DNA from: Camelus dromedarius
Lineage: Eukaryota
Direction: 5' to 3'
DNA length: 64,000 nt
Assembly (NCBI RefSeq): GCF_036321535.1
Contig: NC_087436.1
Span: forward strand, 53,818,001 to 53,882,000
In this document: positions 1 through 9,889 of the stretch, in pieces
Layout: every line of letters begins with the position of its first letter
How positions within the stretch are numbered: position 1 is the first letter of the stretch
Translations under genes and position numbers: made by a program
Notes under the pieces: generated by a model
Told to the model about the DNA's origin: nothing
Seen by the model: only the letters and a program-made list of their open reading frames with translations
Database searches by the model: none

Positions 1-790
1 TACTAATGATGGTTACTTGATTAAAGTGTTGTCTGCCAAGTTTATCCACCGTAAAGTGACTCTTTTCCCTTTTGTAATGTATACATATTTTGTGTCATGT
101 TACTGTGAAACTATGTGAATAGCTCATCCCTCATCAGATTTTCGATCTGTTAATTACATCACTAAGAACTTACGATCTTTTTTTTCCTAGTGTGTTTTAA
201 TTAAACTGTTATTCTTATTACTTCCTTTGGCATTCCAGTTGGTCCCAGGTTTGGCAGTCCATCTTTTCATGCTGCCTCTTGTGCCCTTTAACTCCCATCA
301 TTCTTCGAGCACTGCTTTGCTTTCTGGCAGAATAAGATGTTCCAAGCTCATCTTGAAATTTACTGCTGTCATCTTTTGTATCATGTATTTCCCCAAGAAG
401 TCCTGGTTCCTTTGAGTGGAGGATGGTATCTAGAAGCCAAGATCCAGTCACAAAGTGTGCTTATTGCTCTGAGTCTATCACCACCCCTGGGGCCTCTCAG
501 TGGTCAGAACTATGGAATATGTGTGTGCGCATACACATATGCACATGTGTACATCTGCATTTTTATACGTAGCTATATATTTTGAAAACTATGCATTTAC
601 AGTGGTACCTCAGATCCCTGTCTGATGCCACAGGGTTTATTTTAGGTTTTTCCTTTTCCATATTTATAACTACCTTCTTTGACAATGAGAATTCTGGCTC
701 CCATTATCCTTAACAATGTACTTATTTAATTAAATCTCCCCTTATGTAGCCAGTCTTCCACTGCTCCCCCTGCCCCTCACATGGTTGCCC
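1..790 (-). mobile_element. Ancient L1 (L1MC-like) 3' region fragment
   Basis: Contains L1MC 3'-end hallmarks in reverse, e.g. 'gtgttgtctgccaagtttatccaccgtaaagtgactcttttccctttt' and 'ccccaagaagtcctggttcctttgagtggaggatggtatctagaagccaagatc'. Confidence 0.8.
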
Positions 791-1279
791 TCCTTACCTG
801 CTGGTGCTCCAGCCCCACATCCCACTGTGGACACTGATCAGGCTCTGTTACGCTGCTCTGGGCTTCCACATCCCTCCCCATGTCTTTCCCTGCATGAAGG
901 TCTACCTTCCTGTGCCCCCACTCGTAACTTGAGGACTGAATTTTTCGGGAAGGAAGAGTGGAAGGGCCTAGGTTAGTCCTGTATGATACCATACGACTTG
1001 TCTTCCTTCTGCCTAGCCCTGTGTTATTAAAAAAATGGCTGTTATTGCCATTCCCAAACCTTCTGTTTTCCATCTTTAAAGGCTCTTAGTTTTTCCATTT
1101 GATCTTCATACACTATTTCCAGATTGTTCTTTGTCCTGGTCATGGTACTCGGCCTGTGGTCCCATTTGGACACACCTCCCTTAATGTAGCAAACAGAAGG
1201 GAACACATTTTCACACACTGTTCCAACCTTCCAGAGAGTGGTGGGCGGTTATTTTCGAGCTCCCCCTTAAGTCTCTGGG

Positions 1280-1472
1280 CCATGCTGGACCTGGAGGCAG
1301 AAGCCTGGGTTTGTCCTGGAGTTAGTTATTCTGACATTCGTTCTTCAGTTGCTTATCTAAAATGTGTTGAATGTAATTCCAATAGCTTGCAGAGTTGTTA
1401 CCTAACATTAAACAGGATCACGCATGTGAAGGTACTTTCTAAAAGGAAAAATGTCTCAGTACAAGTAGTAGT
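1280..1472 (+). mobile_element. MIR SINE fragment
   Basis: Degenerate MIR core: 'cctgggtttgtcctgg...ttcagttgcttatctaaaatg...agagttgtt...attaaacaggatcacgcatgtgaagg'. Confidence 0.6.
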
Positions 1473-1509
1473 TCTTAACCCAGGCTGAACCACACATGCT
1501 TGTCCTGGC

Positions 1510-1925
1510 AGCCAGAGAACATTGTTGGCTCAAGTTGAATTTCCAGTGAAATGAAACCTTCATCTCTTTTTCAGGTGAACTTCTGTTAAACCCGTTTCCC
1601 TGCGCTAAGCGCTAATCAGAAGCCCTAACCCTCCAGTGCATTACTTGAATTTAGATTTAGTGCTATGTATTTATCCCATTGAAATGTCTTATTCTGGCCC
1701 AGTGGCTTTCAAACTGCGCTTCCAGCAGCCCGGGGCTTCCCTGAGGTGTGCCCGGGGCTGAGTGAGAGGTTCTCTGCCCTCTCTTTCCCCTGCAGAAGCT
1801 CAGCCATTAAGTTTGATGTTTTGGGATACCACGAAGAGTTCTGCTTGAAAAAAGGGGTCTACTGCTTAAACAAATGATTGAGAACCACCATTCTAGCCTT
1901 CAGATAATTTTAAATCTTGAAGGTC
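1510..1925 (-). mobile_element. L3/CR1 LINE fragment interrupted by MER102
   Basis: 'ctctttttcaggtgaacttctgttaaacc...tatttatcccattgaaatgtc' resembles reverse L3 and resumes after 1890. Confidence 0.5.
1700..1890 (+). mobile_element. hAT-Charlie MITE, MER102-like
   Basis: Ends are cagtggctttcaaact and tgattgagaaccacca; near-perfect 8-bp TSD ttctggcc (1692-1699) / ttctagcc (1891-1898), the length typical of hAT elements. Confidence 0.75.
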
Positions 1926-2772
1926 AAGGCATGTGTAGAAAAAAATATTTCTCATCTGGGTTTTTCTTCTGTGGGCTTTTCTTCAAGCATAGGAGGTCCC
2001 TCTCCCTGATGAGGGGTGACTTCTGACGGATTAGTTGATATTTCACCCCTTTATGGACACAGCAGTGTAATCAGTCAGTTGTTAGGAAATTTCAGTCTTC
2101 CCACCAGGAGGCCTAGGATGGGACCCTGGTATTAGTGGGGTGTTTTTGTTTGTTTTTGGTTTTTTTTTTTCTAATCCCTGCAGGTGATTTTGATGCCCAG
2201 CTGAGGTTGAGGAGCTCTAGCTTGTTTTTCTTGGCAAGATGTGGCATCTCTTCCCATTACTCTCTGGAGGGTACACTGGGGGAGCTGGGAGAGGGCGGCA
2301 TAGGGCTATGACCAAAGGGTGACTGATCTCATCAGCACATGAAGCTGGTGTTCTTTGCTTACGAGGAAAAAAAAAAATAGTGTGGCCTATTTTATCCCTC
2401 ATGGAATTTTTTATTAATCCAAAGATGCCAGTTTATTTTTAAACCTGAAAGCCCCGAAAACAAAATGAGAAAATCTCTGCTAAAGAGACTCTCTTGTGCT
2501 GCAATTAGGATGCTAAAAATTAGCATCATATAGGGATGGAAGCTAGTTATTTATTCGACAGGAACAATGAAGAAATAGGCATTTTGTTCTTTTGCCCTTG
2601 CTGTCCTGCACCCTTCAGTGCAGTGGACTGGATCTAACCATAGACGCCGGACAGGACAGCGCACTGCCCTCCCCTCCAAAAACCAGCCTCCCTGTCCAAG
2701 GTGCTCTTCCTTTCAGGCTCTGTTTCTGGAGACTTCCTCCCGTGCCCTCAGCCCCAAGTGTCCTCCCCTGGA

Positions 2773-2837
2773 GGTGGGGAGGTGGGGAGGAGGGGAGGAA
2801 AGGAGGAGGGGAGGAAAGGAGGAGGGGAGGAGGGGAG
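2773..2837 (+). repeat. GGA/GGGGA polypurine tract
   Basis: ggtggggaggtggggaggaggggaggaaaggaggaggggaggaaaggaggaggggaggagggg read directly. Confidence 0.9.
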
Positions 2838-3179
2838 TTGCTTTCTGAGTCTCTGTGGCTGTTTCATTGACTTCCCTCTGCTGTCAGGTTGAGGCGGGGA
2901 CATTTCTTCTCTTGTATCCAAGTTTACAGCACTGTCACAAAGGGCTGACAGTAAAGTGAACATCGGAGACCCAAACCTGATATTTGTCACTTTTCTTTAG
3001 CAGGAAGAGTTTCAATGTTGAATATTCAGAGTGGGCATAATGAATTCTGCCCCCTACCCCTGGACTTCTTCCTTTCCCCTGCCCCCTTTAGGAAAAAAAA
3101 TAGGTATTTGATTATGGCTGAGCTCCTAAATTGGTAATCTTTTGAAAGAAATACAATTTGGAATAAAAATCTCTTATGA

Positions 3180-3314
3180 GGGGGAGGCTATAGCTTGGTG
3201 GTAGATTGCATGCCTAGCATGCATAAGGTCCTAGGTTCAATTCCCAGTATCTCCAGTTAAATAAATAAATAAACCTAATTACTGCCCCCCACCAAAAAAA
3301 AAAAACAACAAAAA
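3180..3314 (+). mobile_element. tRNA-derived camelid SINE (vic-1 type)
   Basis: A box tagcttggtgg, B box ggttcaattcc, (AAAT)n, conserved 'aaacctaattac...cccc' block and A-rich tail. Confidence 0.85.
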
Positions 3315-4104
3315 CCCTCAATTATTTCTCAGAGGTATTTTACTGGGGCATAGTTATCAGCATTTCTAAACAAACACACCCAGAATGGCATACCAACCCT
3401 GTGGTTAGCACTGTGATATTATCTGTATGTACATAAACGAATGTTAATCATGAAATGTAAGGTATAATTTTTAAATAATATAATCACCAACCTCAATAAC
3501 AAAATAGTATTTGGACATGGTGGGCAAAACATTTTGGCTCTTCTCATTGAAAAGGCACAGTGATGTTCCACACCTCTTCCAGCTACTGTTTACTATTTGG
3601 ATAAGTATTGCAAGACATAGGGCTCTTTTTACTTGTTGAATTTTTTTTTTCTTCTAAATTATACTTGGCACCAAGTCTTGAATTTCTAAAAATCTGGAGG
3701 GAACAGCTGGTGCTCTAATAAATATTCAGGCCAGCTATTTTAATGGTTGGTACTTAATTAAGTAGTCCTACTAAAAGAGGAATACTTGACTTAAGCATTT
3801 CTCGAAGTATAACGTTTTGCTTCCAACAAAAATTTCCCTCAACTGTTAATATTTCCCCCGAAGCAGCCTTAAAACTTAATTCTGCCAAGTGAGTAAGTAG
3901 TTCTAATCACTCTTGAAGCATTTAATGCCAAAACTTAGTTTTCCTGTTTTAAGGTATAGTCGTATCAATATAGTGCAGTCCCTTAACCTTCGAAGATTCC
4001 AGTCATTGAGCTTTTGGAAGGTTCTTTACAGGGTCCGGCATTAGAGGGTGATGAAAGGTGCATCCTCAGTTGGGCACTCTAGTGCTCTGGTGGAAGGCAG
4101 GTGG

Positions 4105-4365
4105 AAGAGCCTGGTGTTAAGGGGCTTGGTTGGAGTTGGAGTACGTCTGGATTTTTACCCAGTGCCATTCCCAGGCTTGTGTCCTTAGACAGGCTACTTA
4201 CTCACCTTGAGGTTAAGTCTCCTCATCTGCAAAACAGCACTCTCTGTAGTAGTACTGATGCTCTTCACAGTAGTATTAAGACCTAACATCTATCTCAGAG
4301 TCAGGAGGATTGGAGGAGTTCATATATATAAACTGCTTGGAATAATCAACAGGTATTAGCAATTA
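4105..4365 (+). mobile_element. MIR SINE
   Basis: 'tgtgtccttagacaggctacttactcacc...tctcctcatctgcaaaac...gaggattggaggagttcatatatataaactgcttggaa'. Confidence 0.7.
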
Positions 4366-4775
4366 TTCCTCTATTTTCCTCCACACCTGTAATTTCATTT
4401 GGGTTTTTCTTGACTTCTTTTAGAACCATTAAAATAATCTCCCATTGTAATATATAGTTTTTGTTCTCTGTAATGTTCTGCCTACATAAGTACATTCTCA
4501 AAATAACTAAAGGGAAATAAGATCTAACAAATGTTCACAATGTTCTTTTCATTGTAATGAATGGCATGTAATTCTTATCACATATACCAGACCATGAATT
4601 CAAGTCTATTGTTTGTTGTTAATTTTCCTATTCTTCTTTACCCCTTAGAGTCACTCTTCATTTTCTTTGTAAAACCAGACTGTCTCACATTAGTGTTTTG
4701 TACTGGGAAGTTGAGTTTCTGATGTTGAACTCTGGTGTTAGGCCTAACACCTGGGAGAAGTAGAAACACTGTAGT

Positions 4776-4910
4776 GGGGAGGGTAGAGCTCAGTGGTAGA
4801 GCACATGCTTGGCATGCACTAGGACCTGGGTTCAATCCCCAGTACCTCCATTAAAAATAAATAAATAAACTAATTACCTCCCCACCCCCCAAAAAGGTCC
4901 TTAAAGAAAA
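4776..4910 (+). mobile_element. tRNA-derived camelid SINE (vic-1 type)
   Basis: ggggagggtagagctcagtggtagagc...ggttcaatccccagtacctcc...(aaat)n aactaattacctcccc. Confidence 0.9.
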
Positions 4911-5048
4911 GGAACACTTTATTAAAATCTGTTAAATCTAGATATTCTGGAAATATCTAGATGGCTGTAATGCTACATTTTTAGCTTTTAAGGTATCACA
5001 AGCCCTGCATATTTTGGTCATTGTTTTACGCTGTATTTCTGACATGTT

Positions 5049-5132
5049 CTTTCAGCTGTGAAGGTGAACACTGAGTCAGCTATACAGATCATTCAGGCTT
5101 TCCCCTTGGATGTCTGTCCAGTTGACGAAGAC
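5049..5132 (+). other. Copy 1 of a dispersed 78-bp duplicated element (candidate non-coding exon 5056-5132)
   Basis: Aligns to 8060-8137 with a shared exact 24-mer atacagatcattcaggctttcccc; preceded by tgttctttcag and followed by gtaaaa. Confidence 0.55.
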
Positions 5133-5776
5133 GTAAAATTTTGGCCTGAACTACTGGATCATTGGCCACCCATCTTGGTCTGCCTGGCTTCTCCTTTGAA
5201 GCATCACTGGCGTGCACCAAGAGCTGTGCTCTTTTGCTTCCAGGACTGCCACCTGATGCAGTAGACCCAGGTGTTTTTATTTCCAAGCATAATTATCTCT
5301 CTGACTGGGCTTAGCTCTGGGAGAAAAGACCAGGGCATGCTAATTTAGTACGTGTGAGGAGCCTGGGCACTCATTCCCATGCTGAAGGTGTGCAGAAAGC
5401 CCTGGCCTTCGAAGAGGGAAGTGGAGGGATGAAGGGGAGGGTTAAGTAGAATTTTTACTATAATATTCATTAGTAAAAAAAGATGATCTGTGTCACATGA
5501 CAGGGTATTATAAGAGCATATTTAAAGCCATTTTACCTTACCCACAACACCCCCAACACCACTGGTTTAGATTCACTCACTGACCTCACAATCCACTGAT
5601 GTTTGTGACTCCCAGCAGGAAAGCACTGGAGTTTCCTCCCTGTCCTTCTGACCTCCACTAGCTGATTTCAGTGAGTGCCTGGAGGATGGTCACCTGATGA
5701 TCCAAAGCAGCGAATCCCAAAACTCAGTCATTTGCAAACTGCCTGCATGGTTTTGGACAAACTTTTGTACCACCCT

Positions 5777-5929
5777 AGAGTTTCTCAAATTTTAACTCAC
5801 GTGGGGATCTTATTTAAAATGCAGATTCTGATGCAGTAGATGTAAGAGGGGCTGAAGATCTGTTATATTAACACGCTCCCAGGTGAGGCTGGTGCTACTG
5901 GTCCACTGAACTCATTTTGAGTTGCAAGG
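5777..5929 (+). mobile_element. MER5A hAT-Charlie MITE
   Basis: 'tttaaaatgcagattctgatgcagtag...taacacgctcccaggtgaggctggtgctactggtccactgaactcattttgagttgcaagg'. Confidence 0.8.
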
Positions 5930-5974
5930 ATCTAGACCATTTCAAACTTACTCTTTTCTTTTAAATCTACTCCG

Positions 5975-6114
5975 TTTTTGTTTTTGTTTTTGATGGACTG
6001 GGGGAAGGTAGTCAGGTTTGTTTGTTTGTTTATTTATTGGAGGTACTGGGGATTGAACCCAGGACTTTGTGCCTGCTAAGCATGAGCTTTACTACTGAGC
6101 TCTACCCTCCCCCC
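5975..6114 (-). mobile_element. tRNA-derived camelid SINE (vic-1 type)
   Basis: Reverse copy 'ggaggtactggggattgaacccaggac...ctgagctctaccctcccc'; degenerate TSD aaatctactccgttttt / aaatcaattctgttttt. Confidence 0.9.
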
Positions 6115-7886
6115 AAATCAATTCTGTTTTTGAACCTTCAACACGTTTATTTAAAAATGAAACTTAAAAAATATCACTATTCAAATGCATGCAACAATCT
6201 TATGGCTTGTTAACTTCTAGGTAGCCCTGGGTTGGAGGAGCTCATTTCCTTTGTTACAGTGGAGGTTAACAAGTGTACAAAGTGTTCAACATCCTGGCAT
6301 CAGATGGAGACTTTCTTCTTGATTAGACCAGAGGATTAAGAGAGAGTTGAAAAGGATATGACTTTCTTATTCAAGATGACTTAATGCTGTATTCTAAAAT
6401 TGTCTCCTCTGGCACCCCAGGTCACCAGGGAGTCTCACTTTGGGGAACACTGCTTTTAAGTAATTTGCAGGAAGACCTGCATTTATAAGCTGAAATCTAT
6501 TAGCCAGATGGATGAATCTCTTGAGGTAAAATGTTTGGGAGGATGTGTTAAAATTTTTCCCTATTCCAGGTTCTATTTCCTATTGGGAAGAAAGAGGGGT
6601 ACCCCCATTTCTGAAAAGTTGCTAACTCTAGAGCCAAGTGAGTAGTTACACTGTAGGTGTAAAAGGAAACTGCTTTGGGAAGTTGGATTTCAGGTGAACA
6701 GAAAGTCAACCTTAAATACTTAGGAATTCTATCTCAGTGGGTTTCTTCTCCTCTGTCTCTTCTTCCTTCAAGTTACTATTATGTTCAATTTGGAATGAAT
6801 CCATTTATTTGGTGCATTTTTTAGAATAGGGTACTTTCTTTACACTTTTCTATTGTAAAAACAATACAGCAACTTTAATATACCTTTTTTTTTAAGGAAA
6901 AGAAATTCAACACAATCCCAGTAATTTCTCTTGGTTCAATTACATTAAAAGTAGAGACTTAGTCAAATGTTGAGAGCAGCAAACACCCCAAAACAAACAG
7001 CCCACTTTAGAGTTTCAGTGGTAGTTACAATGATTTGGATTTAGCAAACCCCGGTTACTTAAACTTCGCAAAGGAAGTGTGCTTTTCCATCACTAGCTTT
7101 TAAGCATTTCTTCTGACTTTACCAGTATCTACCCCCCTCAGGATAACATTTAGAATAAGTGTTTCAACATACAGAACAAATACCTTGTAAATAAACATCA
7201 ATTTCACACAACTCCCCCCAAATCAATAAATCTGTGTTGGGCATTTGAAAAACCCTACACTTTTAAAAGAAGGTGTTAAAGCTTTAAGTAACTGAAAAAC
7301 AAAACCCCAAAACCTAGGCTCTTAGCTTTAAATGTTTTTTAACATGACCTTTACTTGGGCAGAAAAATGTAGCTGGCAACTTTCTGAATACCTGTTTCAT
7401 TGTTGGTACCCTGTGAATTCAAGGATGTGCAGAAACTGCCCACATGACAACTCATGTGAGAAATACTACTTAGGTTTGTTTTTTTTTTAAACGTCATCAC
7501 TGGAATCTTAAAGTAGTGTATTTTGGTACCAGTTCTTTTTAGCTTTGTTGGTTTTTGAAAGAATAAGTTGAATGGAGTGGCTAGATGATATTATTATATG
7601 TGGCACTTTAACTCTTTTCCCTGGTCTGCAAGATTTAATACCTAATATTCCTACTGTCTGCTTTAAGAGTTTTAAAGTTGCTGTCTAGTCAGGGTCTGAA
7701 ATAATTGTGTAAATTTTGAAAATAATGTTTTATTCATTTTTTAAAAGATATAGAATCAATATTTTAGAAATGAAAGAATTGGTGTCACTAAAAAGAGGAT
7801 TGGAATAGCTTTTATATTTTGTAAAATACATATATTCCATTTAAAACTGATATATATCCTTGGATTTTTAAAGTATATATAATCAG

Positions 7887-8040
7887 GGAGGAGGGTATAA
7901 CTCAAGTGGTAGACAGCATGATCACCATACACGAGGTCCTGGGTTCCATCCCCAGTACCGCCTCTAAAAATAAATAAATAAACCTAATTACAGCCCCCCA
8001 CCAAAATAAATACATAAATAAATTTAAAAAATTAAAAAAA
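7887..8040 (+). mobile_element. tRNA-derived camelid SINE (vic-1 type)
   Basis: A/B boxes and aaacctaattac block; TSD tatataatcag / tatatgatcag. Confidence 0.9.
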
Positions 8041-8059
8041 TATATGATCAGTACATAGC

Positions 8060-8143
8060 CTTTCAGTTGTGGAGGTGAGCATTTGAGCCAGCGATACAGA
8101 TCATTCAGGCTTTCCCCCGGATGTCTTTCCAGTTGACAAAAAA
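8060..8143 (+). other. Copy 2 of the duplicated element (candidate non-coding exon 8067-8143)
   Basis: Homologous to 5049-5126; bounded by cctttcag and gtagga; stop codons in all three + frames. Confidence 0.55.
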
Positions 8144-8430
8144 GTAGGATTTAAATTAAATATTGTATCTAAACAGGAAAAAACGCCATTCTTGTTTTTC
8201 GTTTGCTTGTTTGTTTTTGGTTGGTTGGTTTGTTTTTGGTTTTTAGATGAAAACTAGAAAATAAACTCTTTGAACTACAAAATTACTGTATCTTAGCTGG
8301 AGGCCCCAACAAGTCATTAATTGTTGCTAAGAACCTTTTAAAATGCAGTTTTAAAATTTTAAGCGTCCTTTCTGTTGAATCCCGCCCCACCCCCTTTTTT
8401 CCTGTGAAGTTAATTCCAGAGTTGAGAACA

Positions 8431-8461
<31 letters not shown>

Positions 8462-8809
8462 GCTTTTGCTTTTGAGGTAACAAAATCTGTTGCTCACTCT
8501 TTGAGAAGGTTAACCTGCTGATGAAAGCACAGAAGGTTGGAATTATTTGGAACAGGAATGGCCGCGCACACATTTGAGTGTTCTTTGGAGAGTCTTTTGT
8601 CTTTTTAGTGCTCAGGTATTGGAACTATCCTCTAATTGGTCTTTTGCCGTCTTGATAAAATCTCGACTTCCATGTTGCGACCTTAAAAATCTTTTAGGCC
8701 TCTAGTTTTTACCACCTTTTCTCCCCCTTTTTCCCCTCTTCATAGTGAAATCCTCCCCCCTCCCCCATGGAAACTTCTCTGCAAAACCCCCAATTGGTAA
8801 AGTTGGGAC

Positions 8810-8973
8810 AGCCGGTGCTCTTAGCGCGGAGCGTCTCCGTGGGCGGGAGGTTCTGCGCTCGGTGCGCGGGCGGAGCGTGCGGAGCGGGAAGAGCGTGCGG
8901 GGCGGGCGGGGCGTGCGGAGCCGACCACTAGAGGCTTTGAGGATTTGACGTGGTGCTGAGCGCGGTGGAGAAG
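8810..8973 (+). promoter_or_regulatory. Small CpG-dense promoter / candidate non-coding first exon
   Basis: More than 20 CpGs in about 160 bp on a CpG-poor background; GC boxes (ggggcgggcggggc); TGACGTGG at 8946-8953; donor-like AAG|GTATCT after 8973. Confidence 0.7.
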
Positions 8974-9649
8974 GTATCTATCTGTTTACCGCTTAAACGT
9001 TGATCCAGGCTGAAGCCGGCATTTGGTCTCTGCTGTCTGTAGGCTGTGTACTTGCTGAATTGCCCAGGTTTCCAAGACCCAGTGCTTTGACTCCGTTTGG
9101 TTCTACTAAACAGTTTTGGCTCAGTCATTTTGATTAACATCAGCCTGACTTTATGTTAAGTGAGTATTCAGATTATTTGTTACGCATTACTCTTGCGCTT
9201 TGGAATGAGCAGACTCAAAAACTCCTGCTTCATATCGATTCCATATGTGGCTTTTAAGTTACCAGAGAAGCAAAGGCCTCCAGTTAAATTGCACGTAAGG
9301 TTTTGTATTGAACAGATTAAGCTCGATGGCATAGGTATTATTTGAAGTTCTTTGTCATTTCTAATATTGTTCATGTTTCATTTAAGCTATTAGGTGTTTG
9401 GTGATTCCGTGTGATGAACTTAACCTATGATTTCGCTTGTGACCTATTTGGGGTTTTTTGGGGTTTTTTTGTTGTTTGTTTTTGTTTTTTTATTACTCAA
9501 CGCAGATACCCATGGATTTTGTTATTTGTTTTGCACTGATGTGCTCCAAATAGTACGAGGTGATACATATTTTTTAAAAGGTACATTTATTCTTTTTCTC
9601 TCCTCCCTCCCCAGCCCCCCTCCCCCATCCAAGCTAGGCAGAGAATATT

Positions 9650-9889
9650 GCAGTATTTAAGATAGTCATTAAAAGTGAGACTTATTGGGTTCAAATACTG
9701 GCTTTGGTACTTTCAAGCTGTGTGACTGTGAAGAGTTATGTCATCACTCTGAACTGTTTCTTTTGGGCAGAAAGTGGTAACGGTAGTGCCCACCCATAAG
9801 GATAATTGTAATGATTCAGTGAGATGAAGCATGCGCAAAGCTTGACGAGGGGGTTGGGGGTGGTGAGTGCCCCGTGAATGCTGATATTG
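9650..9889 (+). mobile_element. MIR SINE
   Basis: 'gggttcaaatactggctttggtactttcaagctgtgtgactgtgaagagtt...atgattcagtgagatgaagcatgcgcaaagcttg'. Confidence 0.75.

Larger units (their letters stand above)
5708..6452 (+). mobile_element. hAT-Charlie element, MER113-like (hosts nested MER5A and SINE)
   Basis: 5' end cagcgaatcccaaaactcagtcatttgc...gtaccacc; 3' end ...ctaaaattgtctc...cactttggggaacactg. Confidence 0.65.

Noticed and set aside
3180..3255. tRNA genes suggested by A/B boxes here and at 4776, 7887, 39367 and the minus-strand copies
   Set aside because: Each continues into the same SINE body, A-rich tail and often a TSD, and the cloverleaf is degenerate; these are SINE heads.
5049..5132. 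Duplicated element as an H/ACA or C/D snoRNA or miRNA pair
   Set aside because: An ANANNA (agatca) exists, but the following hairpin is too short, copy 1 lacks ACA, there is no C box, and no long stem forms.
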